Of a stretch of DNA of 64,000 nucleotides, positions 28,777 to 37,913 are shown piece after piece. A model generated the notes under the pieces. That model was not told the DNA's origin. It did no database searches and saw only the letters and a program-made list of their open reading frames with translations. Source of the DNA: a bacterium. Its GTDB lineage: Bacteria; UBA8248. Within the stretch, counting starts at the first letter, position 1. Each line of letters begins with the position of its first letter. The position numbers were made by a program, and so were the translations under genes. Location: positions 1,312,001 to 1,376,000 of the forward strand of contig OZ241996.1 of the NCBI GenBank assembly GCA_965204535.1. The letters are read 5' to 3'.

Positions 28777-31425
28777 ATGACGGAGAAGATGATTTATTCC
28801 TTTGGGGCCGGGCGAACCGACGGCAGCGCCGATATGCGTAATCTGCTGGGTGGCAAGGGCGCGAATCTGGCGGAGATGGCGAGTCTGGACATACCTGTGC
28901 CGCCGGGCTTTACCATCACCACGCAGGTTTGCGTCGATTACCTGAAAGAAAAGGCGTTACCCGGGGGCCTCTGGGAGGGCGTGAAGGAGCAGATGGCGCG
29001 TCTCGAAGAGGCGATGGGGGCGCAATTCGGCGGCGATGAGAATCCGCTTTTGGTGAGCGTGCGCTCGGGCGCGCGCGATTCGATGCCGGGCATGATGGAT
29101 ACCGTCCTGAATCTCGGGATGAACGACAAGACGGTCGCCGCCCTCGAGAAAAAATCGGGCAACCGGCGCTTCGCATACGACAGCTATCGCAGGTTCATCA
29201 ACATGTTCGGCAACGTGGTTCTCGAAATGGAGCACCACGACTTCGAATCGAAGATCGAGGCCATGAAACAGCGCAAGGGCGCGGAATCCGACCTGGAGTT
29301 GACGGCGGACGACCTGGTCGAACTGGTGACTGAATACGCCGTCCTTGTCGAAGAAAAAACGGGTGCGAGTTTCCCCCAGGATCCTTACGAGCAACTCCGG
29401 CTGGCCATCGAGGCGGTGTTCAAATCCTGGAACAACGATCGCGCCTTCACCTACCGCAGGCTGTATCACATTCCCCATGACTGGGGCACCGCGGTGAACG
29501 TGCAGTGCATGGTGTACGGCAATATGGGGGAGGATTGCGGCACCGGGGTCGCTTTCTCGCGGAACCCCGCGACGGGCGAGGATGCCCTCTATGGCGAGAT
29601 TCTCTTCAACGCGCAGGGCGAAGACGTGGTGGCCGGCATCAGGACGCCCGAACCCATCGAAAGCCTCAAGGCGAAGATGCCCGAATGTTACGCCGAGTTT
29701 GAAAGCATCACCGAGAAGCTCGAAGCGCATTACAAAGATATGCAGGACATGGAGTTCACGATTCAGAACGGGCGTCTTTTCATGCTCCAGACGAGAAACG
29801 GAAAGCGTACGGCGGCGGCGGCCGTGCGAATCGCCATCCAGTTGGTGAGGGAAGGCGTGATAGACAGGCGAACCGCTTTGAAAATGGTGGACCCCGACAG
29901 CCTGGATCAGTTGCTGCATCCGATGATCGACGCCGAGGGGGAATTGAAAGTAGTGGCCACGGGTCTGGCCGCGTCGCCCGGAGCCGCGGTAGGTCGAGTG
30001 GTCTTCACCGCGGCGGATGCGGTCGAGCGGGCCGAAGCGGGGGACCCCGTGATTCTGGTGCGCCAGGAGACGAGCCCCGAAGACATCAACGGGATGAACG
30101 TATCTCAGGGCATTCTCACGGCGCGGGGCGGACTCACCTCGCACGCGGCCGTCGTTGCGAGACAGATGGGGAAATGCTGCGTCACAGGGTGCAGCGCCCT
30201 GAACGTGAAGGCCGACGAGAAGGTGGTCCTCGTGAACGGCGAGACGGTGTCGGAAGGTGATCATATTTCCTTGAACGGTACTACCGGAGAGGTGATTCTG
30301 GGTGAGGCGAAGCTCAAGCAGCCCGAGCTTTCGGGGGATTTCGCCACCTTGATGGAATGGGCGGACGAGCTCCGAACTTTGGGAGTGCGCGCCAACGCCG
30401 ATACGGTGATGGACAGCGAGGCGGCCATCCAATTCGGCTGCGAGGGAATCGGCCTGTGCCGCACGGAGCACATGTTCTTCGAGGGAGAGCGCATCGACTA
30501 CGTGCGCGCGATGATTCTGGCGTCTACCGAGGAGGGGAGGCGGGATGCGCTTGATCACCTCCTGCCCATGCAGCGCGAGGATTTCGTCGGCATCTTCGAG
30601 GTGATGAAAGAAAGGCCTGTGACGATCAGGCTGCTGGATCCGCCGCTTCACGAGTTCTTGCCCAAAACGAAAGAAGACATGGAGCAGGTCGCCAGGCTGC
30701 TGGATGTGGACCTCGACGCGGTGCGCCATGCCACCGAGGCAACAGAAGAGCAGAATCCCATGCTGGGCCACCGGGGTTGTCGTCTGGTGGTCACCTATCC
30801 TGAAATCGCCGAAATGCAGGTGCGCGCCATCATCGAGGCGGCTTGTGAAATGAAATCGCGAGGCGTGGACGTGTTGCCTGAAATCATGATTCCTCTTACC
30901 TCGGGCATCGGGGAATGGGAGTTCAATCGCGACATCGTGCACGATATCGCCGGACAGGTGATCCAGGAAAAAGGCGTCACGCCCCGATATCTCACGGGCA
31001 CGATGATCGAAATTCCCAGGGCTTGCCTCCTGGCGGGAGAGATTGCCGACAGCGCGGAATTCTTCAGTTTCGGCACGAACGATCTAACGCAGCTGACCTA
31101 TGGTTTGAGCCGTGATGACGCGGGCTGGTTCCTGCCCAAATACATCGAAAAAGAGCTGATTCCCAGAGATCCGTTCGTGGCCGTCGATCGCGAGGGAGTG
31201 GGTGAGATGGTGCAAATCGGCATCGAGCGCGGCCGCGCGAGACGGGAGAATCTCGAGGTGGGCATCTGCGGGGAGCACGGCGGGGAACCCACCTCGGTCG
31301 AGTTTTGCCACATGATGAAAATGGATTACGTCTCTTGCGCGCCGTACCGGGCCCCGATCGCGAGGCTCGCCGCTGCCCAGGCGGCCATCACCCACGGCTC
31401 ATACCAGACTGTCGAAATCCATTGA
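28777..31425 (+). CDS. ppdK: Pyruvate, phosphate dikinase
   Basis: LLGGKGANLAEM, SMPGMMDT, GGLTSHAAVVAR (phospho-His), GIGLCRTEHMF, FSFGTNDLTQ, GICGEHGG. Confidence 0.97.
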   Translation: MTEKMIYSFGAGRTDGSADMRNLLGGKGANLAEMASLDIPVPPGFTITTQVCVDYLKEKALPGGLWEGVKEQMARLEEAMGAQFGGDENPLLVSVRSGARDSMPGMMDTVLNLGMNDKTVAALEKKSGNRRFAYDSYRRFINMFGNVVLEMEHHDFESKIEAMKQRKGAESDLELTADDLVELVTEYAVLVEEKTGASFPQDPYEQLRLAIEAVFKSWNNDRAFTYRRLYHIPHDWGTAVNVQCMVYGNMGEDCGTGVAFSRNPATGEDALYGEILFNAQGEDVVAGIRTPEPIESLKAKMPECYAEFESITEKLEAHYKDMQDMEFTIQNGRLFMLQTRNGKRTAAAAVRIAIQLVREGVIDRRTALKMVDPDSLDQLLHPMIDAEGELKVVATGLAASPGAAVGRVVFTAADAVERAEAGDPVILVRQETSPEDINGMNVSQGILTARGGLTSHAAVVARQMGKCCVTGCSALNVKADEKVVLVNGETVSEGDHISLNGTTGEVILGEAKLKQPELSGDFATLMEWADELRTLGVRANADTVMDSEAAIQFGCEGIGLCRTEHMFFEGERIDYVRAMILASTEEGRRDALDHLLPMQREDFVGIFEVMKERPVTIRLLDPPLHEFLPKTKEDMEQVARLLDVDLDAVRHATEATEEQNPMLGHRGCRLVVTYPEIAEMQVRAIIEAACEMKSRGVDVLPEIMIPLTSGIGEWEFNRDIVHDIAGQVIQEKGVTPRYLTGTMIEIPRACLLAGEIADSAEFFSFGTNDLTQLTYGLSRDDAGWFLPKYIEKELIPRDPFVAVDREGVGEMVQIGIERGRARRENLEVGICGEHGGEPTSVEFCHMMKMDYVSCAPYRAPIARLAAAQAAITHGSYQTVEIH

Positions 31426-31441
31426 GCGGGATTTCCCTTTG

Positions 31442-32599
31442 ATGGTTCACCTCTCCGCCGAGCGGAAAAACGAGTTGATGGGCCAGGCACTCTCTCTCGC
31501 GGGGCGCGCGGAGGGAATGACGAGCCCGAACCCGCTAGTCGGGGCCATTGTTCTTGACGCCGACGGAGAAATAGCGGGCCGGGGCTGGCACCAAAAGGCC
31601 GGGGAGCCGCACGCAGAAGTGCTGGCTCTTCAGGAAGCGGGTGTGCGTGCGCGAGGCGGTGTCTTGTTCGTCACGCTGGAGCCGTGTTCTCACCAGGGCA
31701 GAACGCCCCCTTGCGCGCCTGCTGTGGTGGAGGCGGGCGTCGCTCGCGTCATCGCCGCTGTTCTGGACCCGAATCCGCAAGTGCAGGGAAAGGGATTTGC
31801 GCACCTGCGCGCACATGGGGTCGGGGTAGAGACCGGTATAATGGCAGAGGAGGCGGTACGCCTGAATGAAGTATATTTTCACTGGTGGCGGCGTGGCCGG
31901 CCTTTTCTGACGCTTAAGGCCGCGGCGAGTCTGGACGGCAAAATCGCCACCCGGAGCGGGGAGAGCAGGTGGATAACGGGTGAGGCGGCGAGAGACGCGG
32001 GCCATCAATTCAGGAACAAGGTGGATGCCATCCTGGTAGGCGTGGAGACAGTACTGAAGGACGACCCGTTGCTCACCGCGCGGCCAAGTGGCGCCGAGGG
32101 CAAGCCGCTCATGAGAGTCGTGCTGGACTCGAAACTCAGGACGCCCGCCCATGCCCGCATACTGGTGCCCCGGTCGGGAAGTTCCACCATCCTTGTGGCC
32201 ACCGACGCGGCGCCCCCGGCGAAGGAAGAGGCGCTGCGCGAAGCGGGTGCGGAAATCATTCGAGGGGAAGCGGACCCCGAAGGCCGGGTGTCGCTCGCTC
32301 CGCTTTTGGAGTTGTTGGGAAGCCGCGGCGTTCGCCATATCCTTGTGGAAGGCGGCGGGCGGATGCACGGTTCCTTCCTTCGGGAAGGCCTGGCGGATCG
32401 GCTCCTGTATTTTCTGGCGCCCCTCGTAGTGGGGGACCATGAGGCGCCGGGCGCGGTTTCAGGCCTTGATGAAGAGAAATTGCAATCTCTGCCCGGGTTA
32501 TTTAATGTAACACATGAAGTTATGGGGAGTGATTTGTTGATTCAAGGATATTTCAAAAGACCGATTTGGAAAGATGTTGAGGAGTGGACAGGTGTTTAG
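31442..32599 (+). CDS. ribD: Bifunctional riboflavin deaminase/reductase RibD
   Basis: TSPNPLVGA, HAE, TLEPCSHQGRTPPC, SLDGKIA, VEGGG. Confidence 0.96.
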   Translation: MVHLSAERKNELMGQALSLAGRAEGMTSPNPLVGAIVLDADGEIAGRGWHQKAGEPHAEVLALQEAGVRARGGVLFVTLEPCSHQGRTPPCAPAVVEAGVARVIAAVLDPNPQVQGKGFAHLRAHGVGVETGIMAEEAVRLNEVYFHWWRRGRPFLTLKAAASLDGKIATRSGESRWITGEAARDAGHQFRNKVDAILVGVETVLKDDPLLTARPSGAEGKPLMRVVLDSKLRTPAHARILVPRSGSSTILVATDAAPPAKEEALREAGAEIIRGEADPEGRVSLAPLLELLGSRGVRHILVEGGGRMHGSFLREGLADRLLYFLAPLVVGDHEAPGAVSGLDEEKLQSLPGLFNVTHEVMGSDLLIQGYFKRPIWKDVEEWTGV

Positions 32600-33242
32600 C
32601 GGAATTGTTGAGGCCATCGGCGCGATTCGTGCATTGAAAAAAGACGCCAAAGGCGCGCGGATCACCATCGAGGCGCCGGGCGTTTTGGGCGGCGTGCGGC
32701 TCGGCGATTCGATTGCGCTCAATGGTGCCTGCATAACGGTTGTTGATTTTGACGACAGGAAGTTTGAAGCCGATTTGTCCGTCGAGACGCTGAGGCGTAC
32801 GAATCTGGGAGAACTGGTCGTCGGCGACCGATGCAACCTCGAGCGCGCCATGGCGCTGGGAGAACGCCTCGGCGGGCATCTTGTGAGCGGTCATGTGGAC
32901 GGCGTGGGAAGGATAAAGAGCAGAAAAAATGAGGGCGACTCGATTTGGCTCACATTCGAGGCTCCGGTGGAGGTGATGCGCTATGTCGTCTATAAAGGTT
33001 CTGTTGCGGTCGATGGAATCAGTTTGACGGTGGCGGCGTGTGATGGTGAGACTTTTTCGGTGTCGATCATCCCGCATACGAGCGAGCAAACGACGCTCAC
33101 GGAGAAGGAAGATGGCGCCGCTGTGAACCTGGAGGCGGATTTGATCGGGAAATACGTGGAGAAGCTGCTCGCGCCCCACGCGGATTCGAGGTCTCGAGAC
33201 GGCATCACGATGGAAAAGTTAAAGGAGCAAGGCTATGCCTGA
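32592..33242 (+). CDS. ribE: Riboflavin synthase (alpha chain)
   Basis: (M)FSGIVE start at GTG 32592, GDSIALNGAC, GGHLVSGHVDG, KGSVAVDGISLTV. Confidence 0.95.
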   Translation: MFSGIVEAIGAIRALKKDAKGARITIEAPGVLGGVRLGDSIALNGACITVVDFDDRKFEADLSVETLRRTNLGELVVGDRCNLERAMALGERLGGHLVSGHVDGVGRIKSRKNEGDSIWLTFEAPVEVMRYVVYKGSVAVDGISLTVAACDGETFSVSIIPHTSEQTTLTEKEDGAAVNLEADLIGKYVEKLLAPHADSRSRDGITMEKLKEQGYA

Positions 33243-34467
33243 GCCGGGGGAGGAAAGAAACTTCGACGAAAATCCTTTCTCGACGATTGAAGAGGCAATC
33301 GGCGATATTAGCGAGGGGCGCATCGTCGTCCTCGTGGATGATGAGGATCGTGAAAACGAGGGCGATTTCATCCTCGCGGCCGAGAAGGTGACTCCGGAAG
33401 TAATCAACTTCATGACGAAACACGCGCGCGGTTTGGTTTGCCTCGCGCTCACGCCCGAGAAAGTGGAATCTCTGGGGCTTCCCATGATGGTGCCCAGCGG
33501 CGAGAACGGCTCCGCCTTCGGCACGGCTTTTACGGTTTCCATCGAGGCTCGCGAAGGCGTTACGACGGGCATCAGCGCTTTCGACAGGGCCCACACCATA
33601 CAAACCGCAATCCAGGAAGACGCCAGGCCGTCGGACCTGGTGACGCCCGGCCACGTTTTCCCGCTGCGGGCACAGCCGGGGGGCGTACTCCGGCGAGCGG
33701 GCCACACAGAGGGCACGGTGGATCTGGCCCGCCTGGCCGGCCTGCAGCCCGCGGGTGTTCTCTGCGAGGTCTTGAATGAAGACGGCTCGATGGCGCGTCT
33801 GCCCAACCTGCGGAAGATAGCGAAAAAAAATAATCTCTCCCTCGTGACCATCAAGGATCTTATCGCTTACCGCATGCGGCATGATCGTCTCGTGGAGCGT
33901 GTGGAGGAGGCTGAGATGCCGACGGCGTTCGGCACTTTCAAGGTATATGCGTACCACAATCAAAGCAGCGGCAGGATTCACGCCGCTTTGGTGATGGGCG
34001 AGTTGAACCCCGACGAACCCACCCATATTCGAGTGCAGCCGGTGAACGCCATCTGGGACTTGTTGGCGCTTTTGCGCTCTGATTGCCCGGACAGGATCAG
34101 AAACGCGCTGGCCAAGATTCAGGAGGCGGGCAAGGGGGTGTTGGTCTTCTTGCAGCCCGATTCGATGGGAGAGGAATTTTCCAGAAAAGAGAAGGTTTCC
34201 CCCGGCCCGCGTGAGGTGGAGCAGAAAATCGGGATCAAGAGCGCGCCGCTCGAAGGGTTGCGCGATTACGGCATCGGGGCCCAAATACTCGTCGATTTGG
34301 GCTTGCGGCGGATTCGGATCATGACGAACGATGAGCGCAGGATTGTGGCGCTCGAAGGCTATGGCCTCGAACTCGAAGACAGAGTGGCGGTGGACATGGA
34401 GCCGCCCTTGCCGTCTTTGCAAAAGAAGAGGAAGGACGGCAGGGAATCCTACTTGCAGCGTCCGTAA
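33235..34467 (+). CDS. ribBA: DHBP synthase fused to a degenerate GTP cyclohydrolase II-like domain (RibBX type)
   Basis: N-terminal DDEDRENEGD, TTGISAFDR, RAGHTE intact; C-terminal domain keeps RDYGIGAQIL but lacks the RVHSEC...RCDC motif. Confidence 0.9.
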   Translation: MPEPGEERNFDENPFSTIEEAIGDISEGRIVVLVDDEDRENEGDFILAAEKVTPEVINFMTKHARGLVCLALTPEKVESLGLPMMVPSGENGSAFGTAFTVSIEAREGVTTGISAFDRAHTIQTAIQEDARPSDLVTPGHVFPLRAQPGGVLRRAGHTEGTVDLARLAGLQPAGVLCEVLNEDGSMARLPNLRKIAKKNNLSLVTIKDLIAYRMRHDRLVERVEEAEMPTAFGTFKVYAYHNQSSGRIHAALVMGELNPDEPTHIRVQPVNAIWDLLALLRSDCPDRIRNALAKIQEAGKGVLVFLQPDSMGEEFSRKEKVSPGPREVEQKIGIKSAPLEGLRDYGIGAQILVDLGLRRIRIMTNDERRIVALEGYGLELEDRVAVDMEPPLPSLQKKRKDGRESYLQRP

Positions 34468-34487
34468 CATAGGGGTGTGGAGAGGAA

Positions 34488-34988
34488 ATGGATAATCCGG
34501 TGACGGGCGATCTGAACGGGCGGGGACTGCGGATCGGCCTCGTCTCGTCGCGCTTCAACGATTTCATCGTGACGCACCTCGTCCGGGGGGCCGAGACGGC
34601 TTTGCGGCAATGCGGCGTATCCGGGGCCGATATTGCGCTCGTGCAGGTGCCGGGTTCGTTCGAGCTTCCGGCGGCCGCGATGAGGATGGCGAAATCGCAG
34701 AAATATGACGCCATCGTATGCCTGGGCTGCGTGATACGGGGCGCAACATCTCACTACGATCTGGTGTGCGCCGAGGCGACGAAGGGCATCGCCCAGGTGG
34801 GTGCTCAGACGGGAGTGCCGACCATTTTCGCCGTCGTCACGACGGACACGATTGAGCAAGCCATCGAGCGCTCAGGAACGAAGATGGGAAACAAGGGATA
34901 CGAGGGCGGGCTGGCGGCCGTGGAGATGGCGAACTTGTTTTCGAAAATGGATGAGGATGGGAACGACGCTCCCGAAGAGGGAAAGTGA
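34488..34988 (+). CDS. ribH: 6,7-dimethyl-8-ribityllumazine synthase
   Basis: SRFNDFI, VPGSFELP, GCVIRGATSHYD, IEQAIERSG, NKG. Confidence 0.96.
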   Translation: MDNPVTGDLNGRGLRIGLVSSRFNDFIVTHLVRGAETALRQCGVSGADIALVQVPGSFELPAAAMRMAKSQKYDAIVCLGCVIRGATSHYDLVCAEATKGIAQVGAQTGVPTIFAVVTTDTIEQAIERSGTKMGNKGYEGGLAAVEMANLFSKMDEDGNDAPEEGK

Positions 34989-35401
34989 TGGTGGAGAACA
35001 GAAAGGCGGGACGAGAGCTTGCGTTTCAAATCCTGTATCACACCGACCGCACCGCAAGTCTTACGCCGGAGGAAGTGGAGCGCTATTGGCGGTTGCATCC
35101 GGCGGATGAGAGTTCAAAAATGTTCGCCAACAGGTTGATGGCGCTCATTCTGGAGAAAGACCGGCAGATTAACGATTTGCTCAACGAAGCGAGCGAGAGT
35201 TGGTCGCTGGAGCGCATGGATGCCGTATCGAGGAGCATATTGCGTTTGGGCGTTTGTGAAATGTACTTTGTGTTGGATATCCCGCCCGCGGTCACGATGG
35301 ATGAAGCGATTCGCCTGGCCAAACGATACGGGCCGGAAAATGCGCCCGGCTTCGTGAACGGTATTCTGGATCGCCTCTATCAAGAGAAAACGGCGGTATA
35401 A
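34988..35401 (+). CDS. nusB: Transcription antitermination factor NusB
   Basis: RELAFQILY, WSLERM, ILRLG, EAIRLAKRYG, FVNGILD. Confidence 0.95.
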   Translation: MVENRKAGRELAFQILYHTDRTASLTPEEVERYWRLHPADESSKMFANRLMALILEKDRQINDLLNEASESWSLERMDAVSRSILRLGVCEMYFVLDIPPAVTMDEAIRLAKRYGPENAPGFVNGILDRLYQEKTAV

Positions 35402-35404
35402 GAG

Positions 35405-35959
35405 GTGATACGACTTCGCTTGTTTCCCCAGGGACTGCATGAGGTGAAAAGTTTTGCCGCCGTTTGCATGTTCGCGGTGGAGCATTTTCCGTTTCAAGGG
35501 CGATTGCTGCAAATCGACCGCTTGCTGGAGAGCGAGGTGAGCGGTCTCATCGAGCAGGGCAAATTGAGCGGCGCTTGGGAGTCGCAAGCCATGTTTGCCT
35601 CGAAGGGGCGGCTCGCGCCTGAGTATGTGTTGTTCGCAGGTGTCGGCTCTATGGAGGACTTGACCCTCACAAAGCTCTACCGGCATGCGAAGGATATTTT
35701 TGGAAGGATGATGAGGGCGTCGGCGAAGAATTTATCGATGCAGGTTTCCGGTTTCGCACAGCTTCCCGATGACTTCACTCCCGTGGCCACGGAGATTATG
35801 AACGGTGCGATACGAGGCGTCATCGGAAATCCCTGGGATGTCGATATTCTTGTTTGCGAACCAGATGATGAGAAATATGACGAATTGATTATGCTGAGTG
35901 AGCAAATTGCTTTCAGCAGTGTGAAGAATCGTGAACTCTCCTTGGAGGTTTTGATTTGA
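35405..35959 (+). CDS. Hypothetical protein, possibly a stand-alone M17 (leucyl aminopeptidase) N-terminal-like domain
   Basis: ID(R)LL...SGLIEQGKLSG...VLFAGVG pattern recalls Peptidase_M17_N; AGAGG SD; translationally coupled to lptE. Confidence 0.5.
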   Translation: MIRLRLFPQGLHEVKSFAAVCMFAVEHFPFQGRLLQIDRLLESEVSGLIEQGKLSGAWESQAMFASKGRLAPEYVLFAGVGSMEDLTLTKLYRHAKDIFGRMMRASAKNLSMQVSGFAQLPDDFTPVATEIMNGAIRGVIGNPWDVDILVCEPDDEKYDELIMLSEQIAFSSVKNRELSLEVLI

Positions 35960-36492
35960 GCGGGGCGCCTTTGAGGATAGTTCACGATATCCGTTTCGCT
36001 CTGCTGCTATGCATTTTTCTGTCAGCGGGCTGCGGCTACGAACTCGAAGGAACCTTACGGCCCAAGAAACTCGAAACAGTGCAGACCATTTCGATATCAC
36101 CATTCCTGAACCATACGGACGAGCCGGGCCTTGGACGCGCCGTTACGAAAGCGATGAGAGGAAGGTTCCTGCGGGACGGCCGCCTCCGGGTTTCCGACTC
36201 TCCCGATGCGGACGTCGCTCTCGAAGGTGTTGTGCGCGAATATCGTCTCTCTCCAATCGGCTTCACCCAGGCTGACAGGGTTCAGCGATACCGCGTCGTG
36301 GTGCGCACGCGAATACGTCTGCACGACAAAGGGCGGAAGAAATTGCTCATCAATCAGGATTTGGAGTCTTATGCCGAATTCGCTGTCTCATCTTCTATTG
36401 CGCAAAGTGACATGAGCCGCTCGAACGCCCATCAACAAGTGGCCGACTCTTTGTCGAAAGACGTCGTCAGCCTTGTGTTAGAGGGTTTTTAG
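35956..36492 (+). CDS. lptE: LPS assembly lipoprotein LptE family
   Basis: Lipobox LSAGC-GY, FLNHTDEPGL, ADVALEGVV; position upstream of holA. Confidence 0.85.
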   Translation: MSGAPLRIVHDIRFALLLCIFLSAGCGYELEGTLRPKKLETVQTISISPFLNHTDEPGLGRAVTKAMRGRFLRDGRLRVSDSPDADVALEGVVREYRLSPIGFTQADRVQRYRVVVRTRIRLHDKGRKKLLINQDLESYAEFAVSSSIAQSDMSRSNAHQQVADSLSKDVVSLVLEGF

Positions 36493-36493
36493 A

Positions 36494-37537
36494 TTGGCCT
36501 CGGGCCGAAAAAAGCCAAAAAGTTCTCTGGCAGCGCTCTCCGATGTCCAAAACGCGCCGACGCAACCCGTATACCTTTTGGAAGGCAAAGACTCTTTTTT
36601 GCGGGATGAATACCTGCGCGTCATTCGACGCAAGGTTCTTGGGGACGGGCCGGATGATTTCACCCATGACCGTTTCGACTGGGCCGAGGCCGATGCGCCC
36701 GCCATCATCACCATCGCCCAGACGATGCCGTTTATGGCAGAGAAGCGCCTCATCGAAATCCTCAATTTCACCAGGCCGGGCGAGAGGGATGAGTCCATCT
36801 TTCTCTCTTATCTCGAGCACCCATCCGCGTCCACGGTTCTGGTCTTTTGCGTCGAAAACGTCGACATGCGCACCACTTTCTTCCAACGCCTGGTGAAGGC
36901 GAGCGTGCATTGTCGGGTAGATATCCTGGAGGGGGAGGAATTAAAGAAATGGCTTCACGGGCGCGCCGTGGAGTTGGGGTTCGAGTTGCGACCGGAGGCC
37001 GCCGATATGTTGGTCGCCATGGTCAAACCCTCAATGATGAGGCTCAGCACCGAACTCGAGAAAATCGCTTCCTATTTGATGCCGGGAACGGTGGCCGGTG
37101 CGGAGGAGATTCGCGAAATCGTCGGCCACTCCAGAGAAGAATTGCTCTATAAGCTGGGCGATTCACTCAGCCAGGGGAGTTTGGGTGGAACCCTCGTTCT
37201 CTTGCGCCGGATGATGGAAACCGAACATCCCGTCGTTTTCATCGGGTTGTTGCGTAATTTGATTCGGCGTTGGACGATTTCAAAGTCCTTGATTAGAAGT
37301 GGCCGGGGCGCCCAGGGAATCTCTCAGACGCTGGGTCTGCAGCCCTTTGTGGCGAGGAGGCTCGAGAGTCAGGTCAGGGGATTGCGTTCCGCTTACTTGC
37401 GCGAGTTATACGGGAAGCTGCTTCAGGTGGACCGCAAGCTCAAGCGGACGAGCGACATGAAGGTCGCCCGTCAGACGCTGGAATTGTTTTTGGTGGATGT
37501 GCGATCCTCCAGAAGCGGGCCGCACAAGGTTGTTTAG
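36494..37537 (+). CDS. holA: DNA polymerase III subunit delta
   Basis: PVYLLEG, AQTMPFMAEKRLI, ELEKI, QVDRKLK; lptE-holA-rpsT synteny. Confidence 0.92.
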   Translation: MASGRKKPKSSLAALSDVQNAPTQPVYLLEGKDSFLRDEYLRVIRRKVLGDGPDDFTHDRFDWAEADAPAIITIAQTMPFMAEKRLIEILNFTRPGERDESIFLSYLEHPSASTVLVFCVENVDMRTTFFQRLVKASVHCRVDILEGEELKKWLHGRAVELGFELRPEAADMLVAMVKPSMMRLSTELEKIASYLMPGTVAGAEEIREIVGHSREELLYKLGDSLSQGSLGGTLVLLRRMMETEHPVVFIGLLRNLIRRWTISKSLIRSGRGAQGISQTLGLQPFVARRLESQVRGLRSAYLRELYGKLLQVDRKLKRTSDMKVARQTLELFLVDVRSSRSGPHKVV

Positions 37538-37795
37538 TTATTTCGAAGAGGCCGCATGAACCCGCTTGGCCAATCTTCCCGCGTGTCTCGACGCTGTTTT
37601 TTTGTGGATAATTCCTTTGGTGGCTGCGCGATCCAATTGCGACTGGGCTTTTCTCAGCAACTCTTCGGGGTTTTCTTCGCTATTCGCCAGGACTTGTTTG
37701 ATGGTATTGCGAAATTGAGTCCGAATAGCGCGGTTTCTGGCGCGGCGAACGATATTCTGGCGATTGCGCTTCTTGGCCGAACGAATATGTGGCAA
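37538..37795 (-). CDS. rpsT: 30S ribosomal protein S20
   Basis: PHIRSAKKRNRQ...LDRAATKGIIHKKTASR. Confidence 0.96.
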   Translation of the reverse strand: MPHIRSAKKRNRQNIVRRARNRAIRTQFRNTIKQVLANSEENPEELLRKAQSQLDRAATKGIIHKKTASRHAGRLAKRVHAASSK

Positions 37796-37858
37796 TTTGT
37801 TTCATTCTCCGTAAAGATGGTTGAAATGTCTCTCTTGAGGCTGTTTCACAGCCCCGGT

Positions 37859-37886
37859 AAAATACCACGGAACAAAGGGTTGTCAA
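37859..37886 (-). promoter_or_regulatory. Putative sigma70 promoter of rpsT
   Basis: Minus strand TTGACA (37886-81), 16 nt, TGn-extended TATTTT (37864-59). Confidence 0.6.
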
Positions 37887-37913
37887 GCTCACCGCCCTGG
37901 TGTCAGGAACCCT

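Noticed and set aside
28957-30942. 661-aa antisense ORF, and similar long shadow ORFs opposite lysC, alaC, ribBA, proS and ftsH
   Set aside because: Typical antisense open frames of GC-biased coding genes, with no protein motifs
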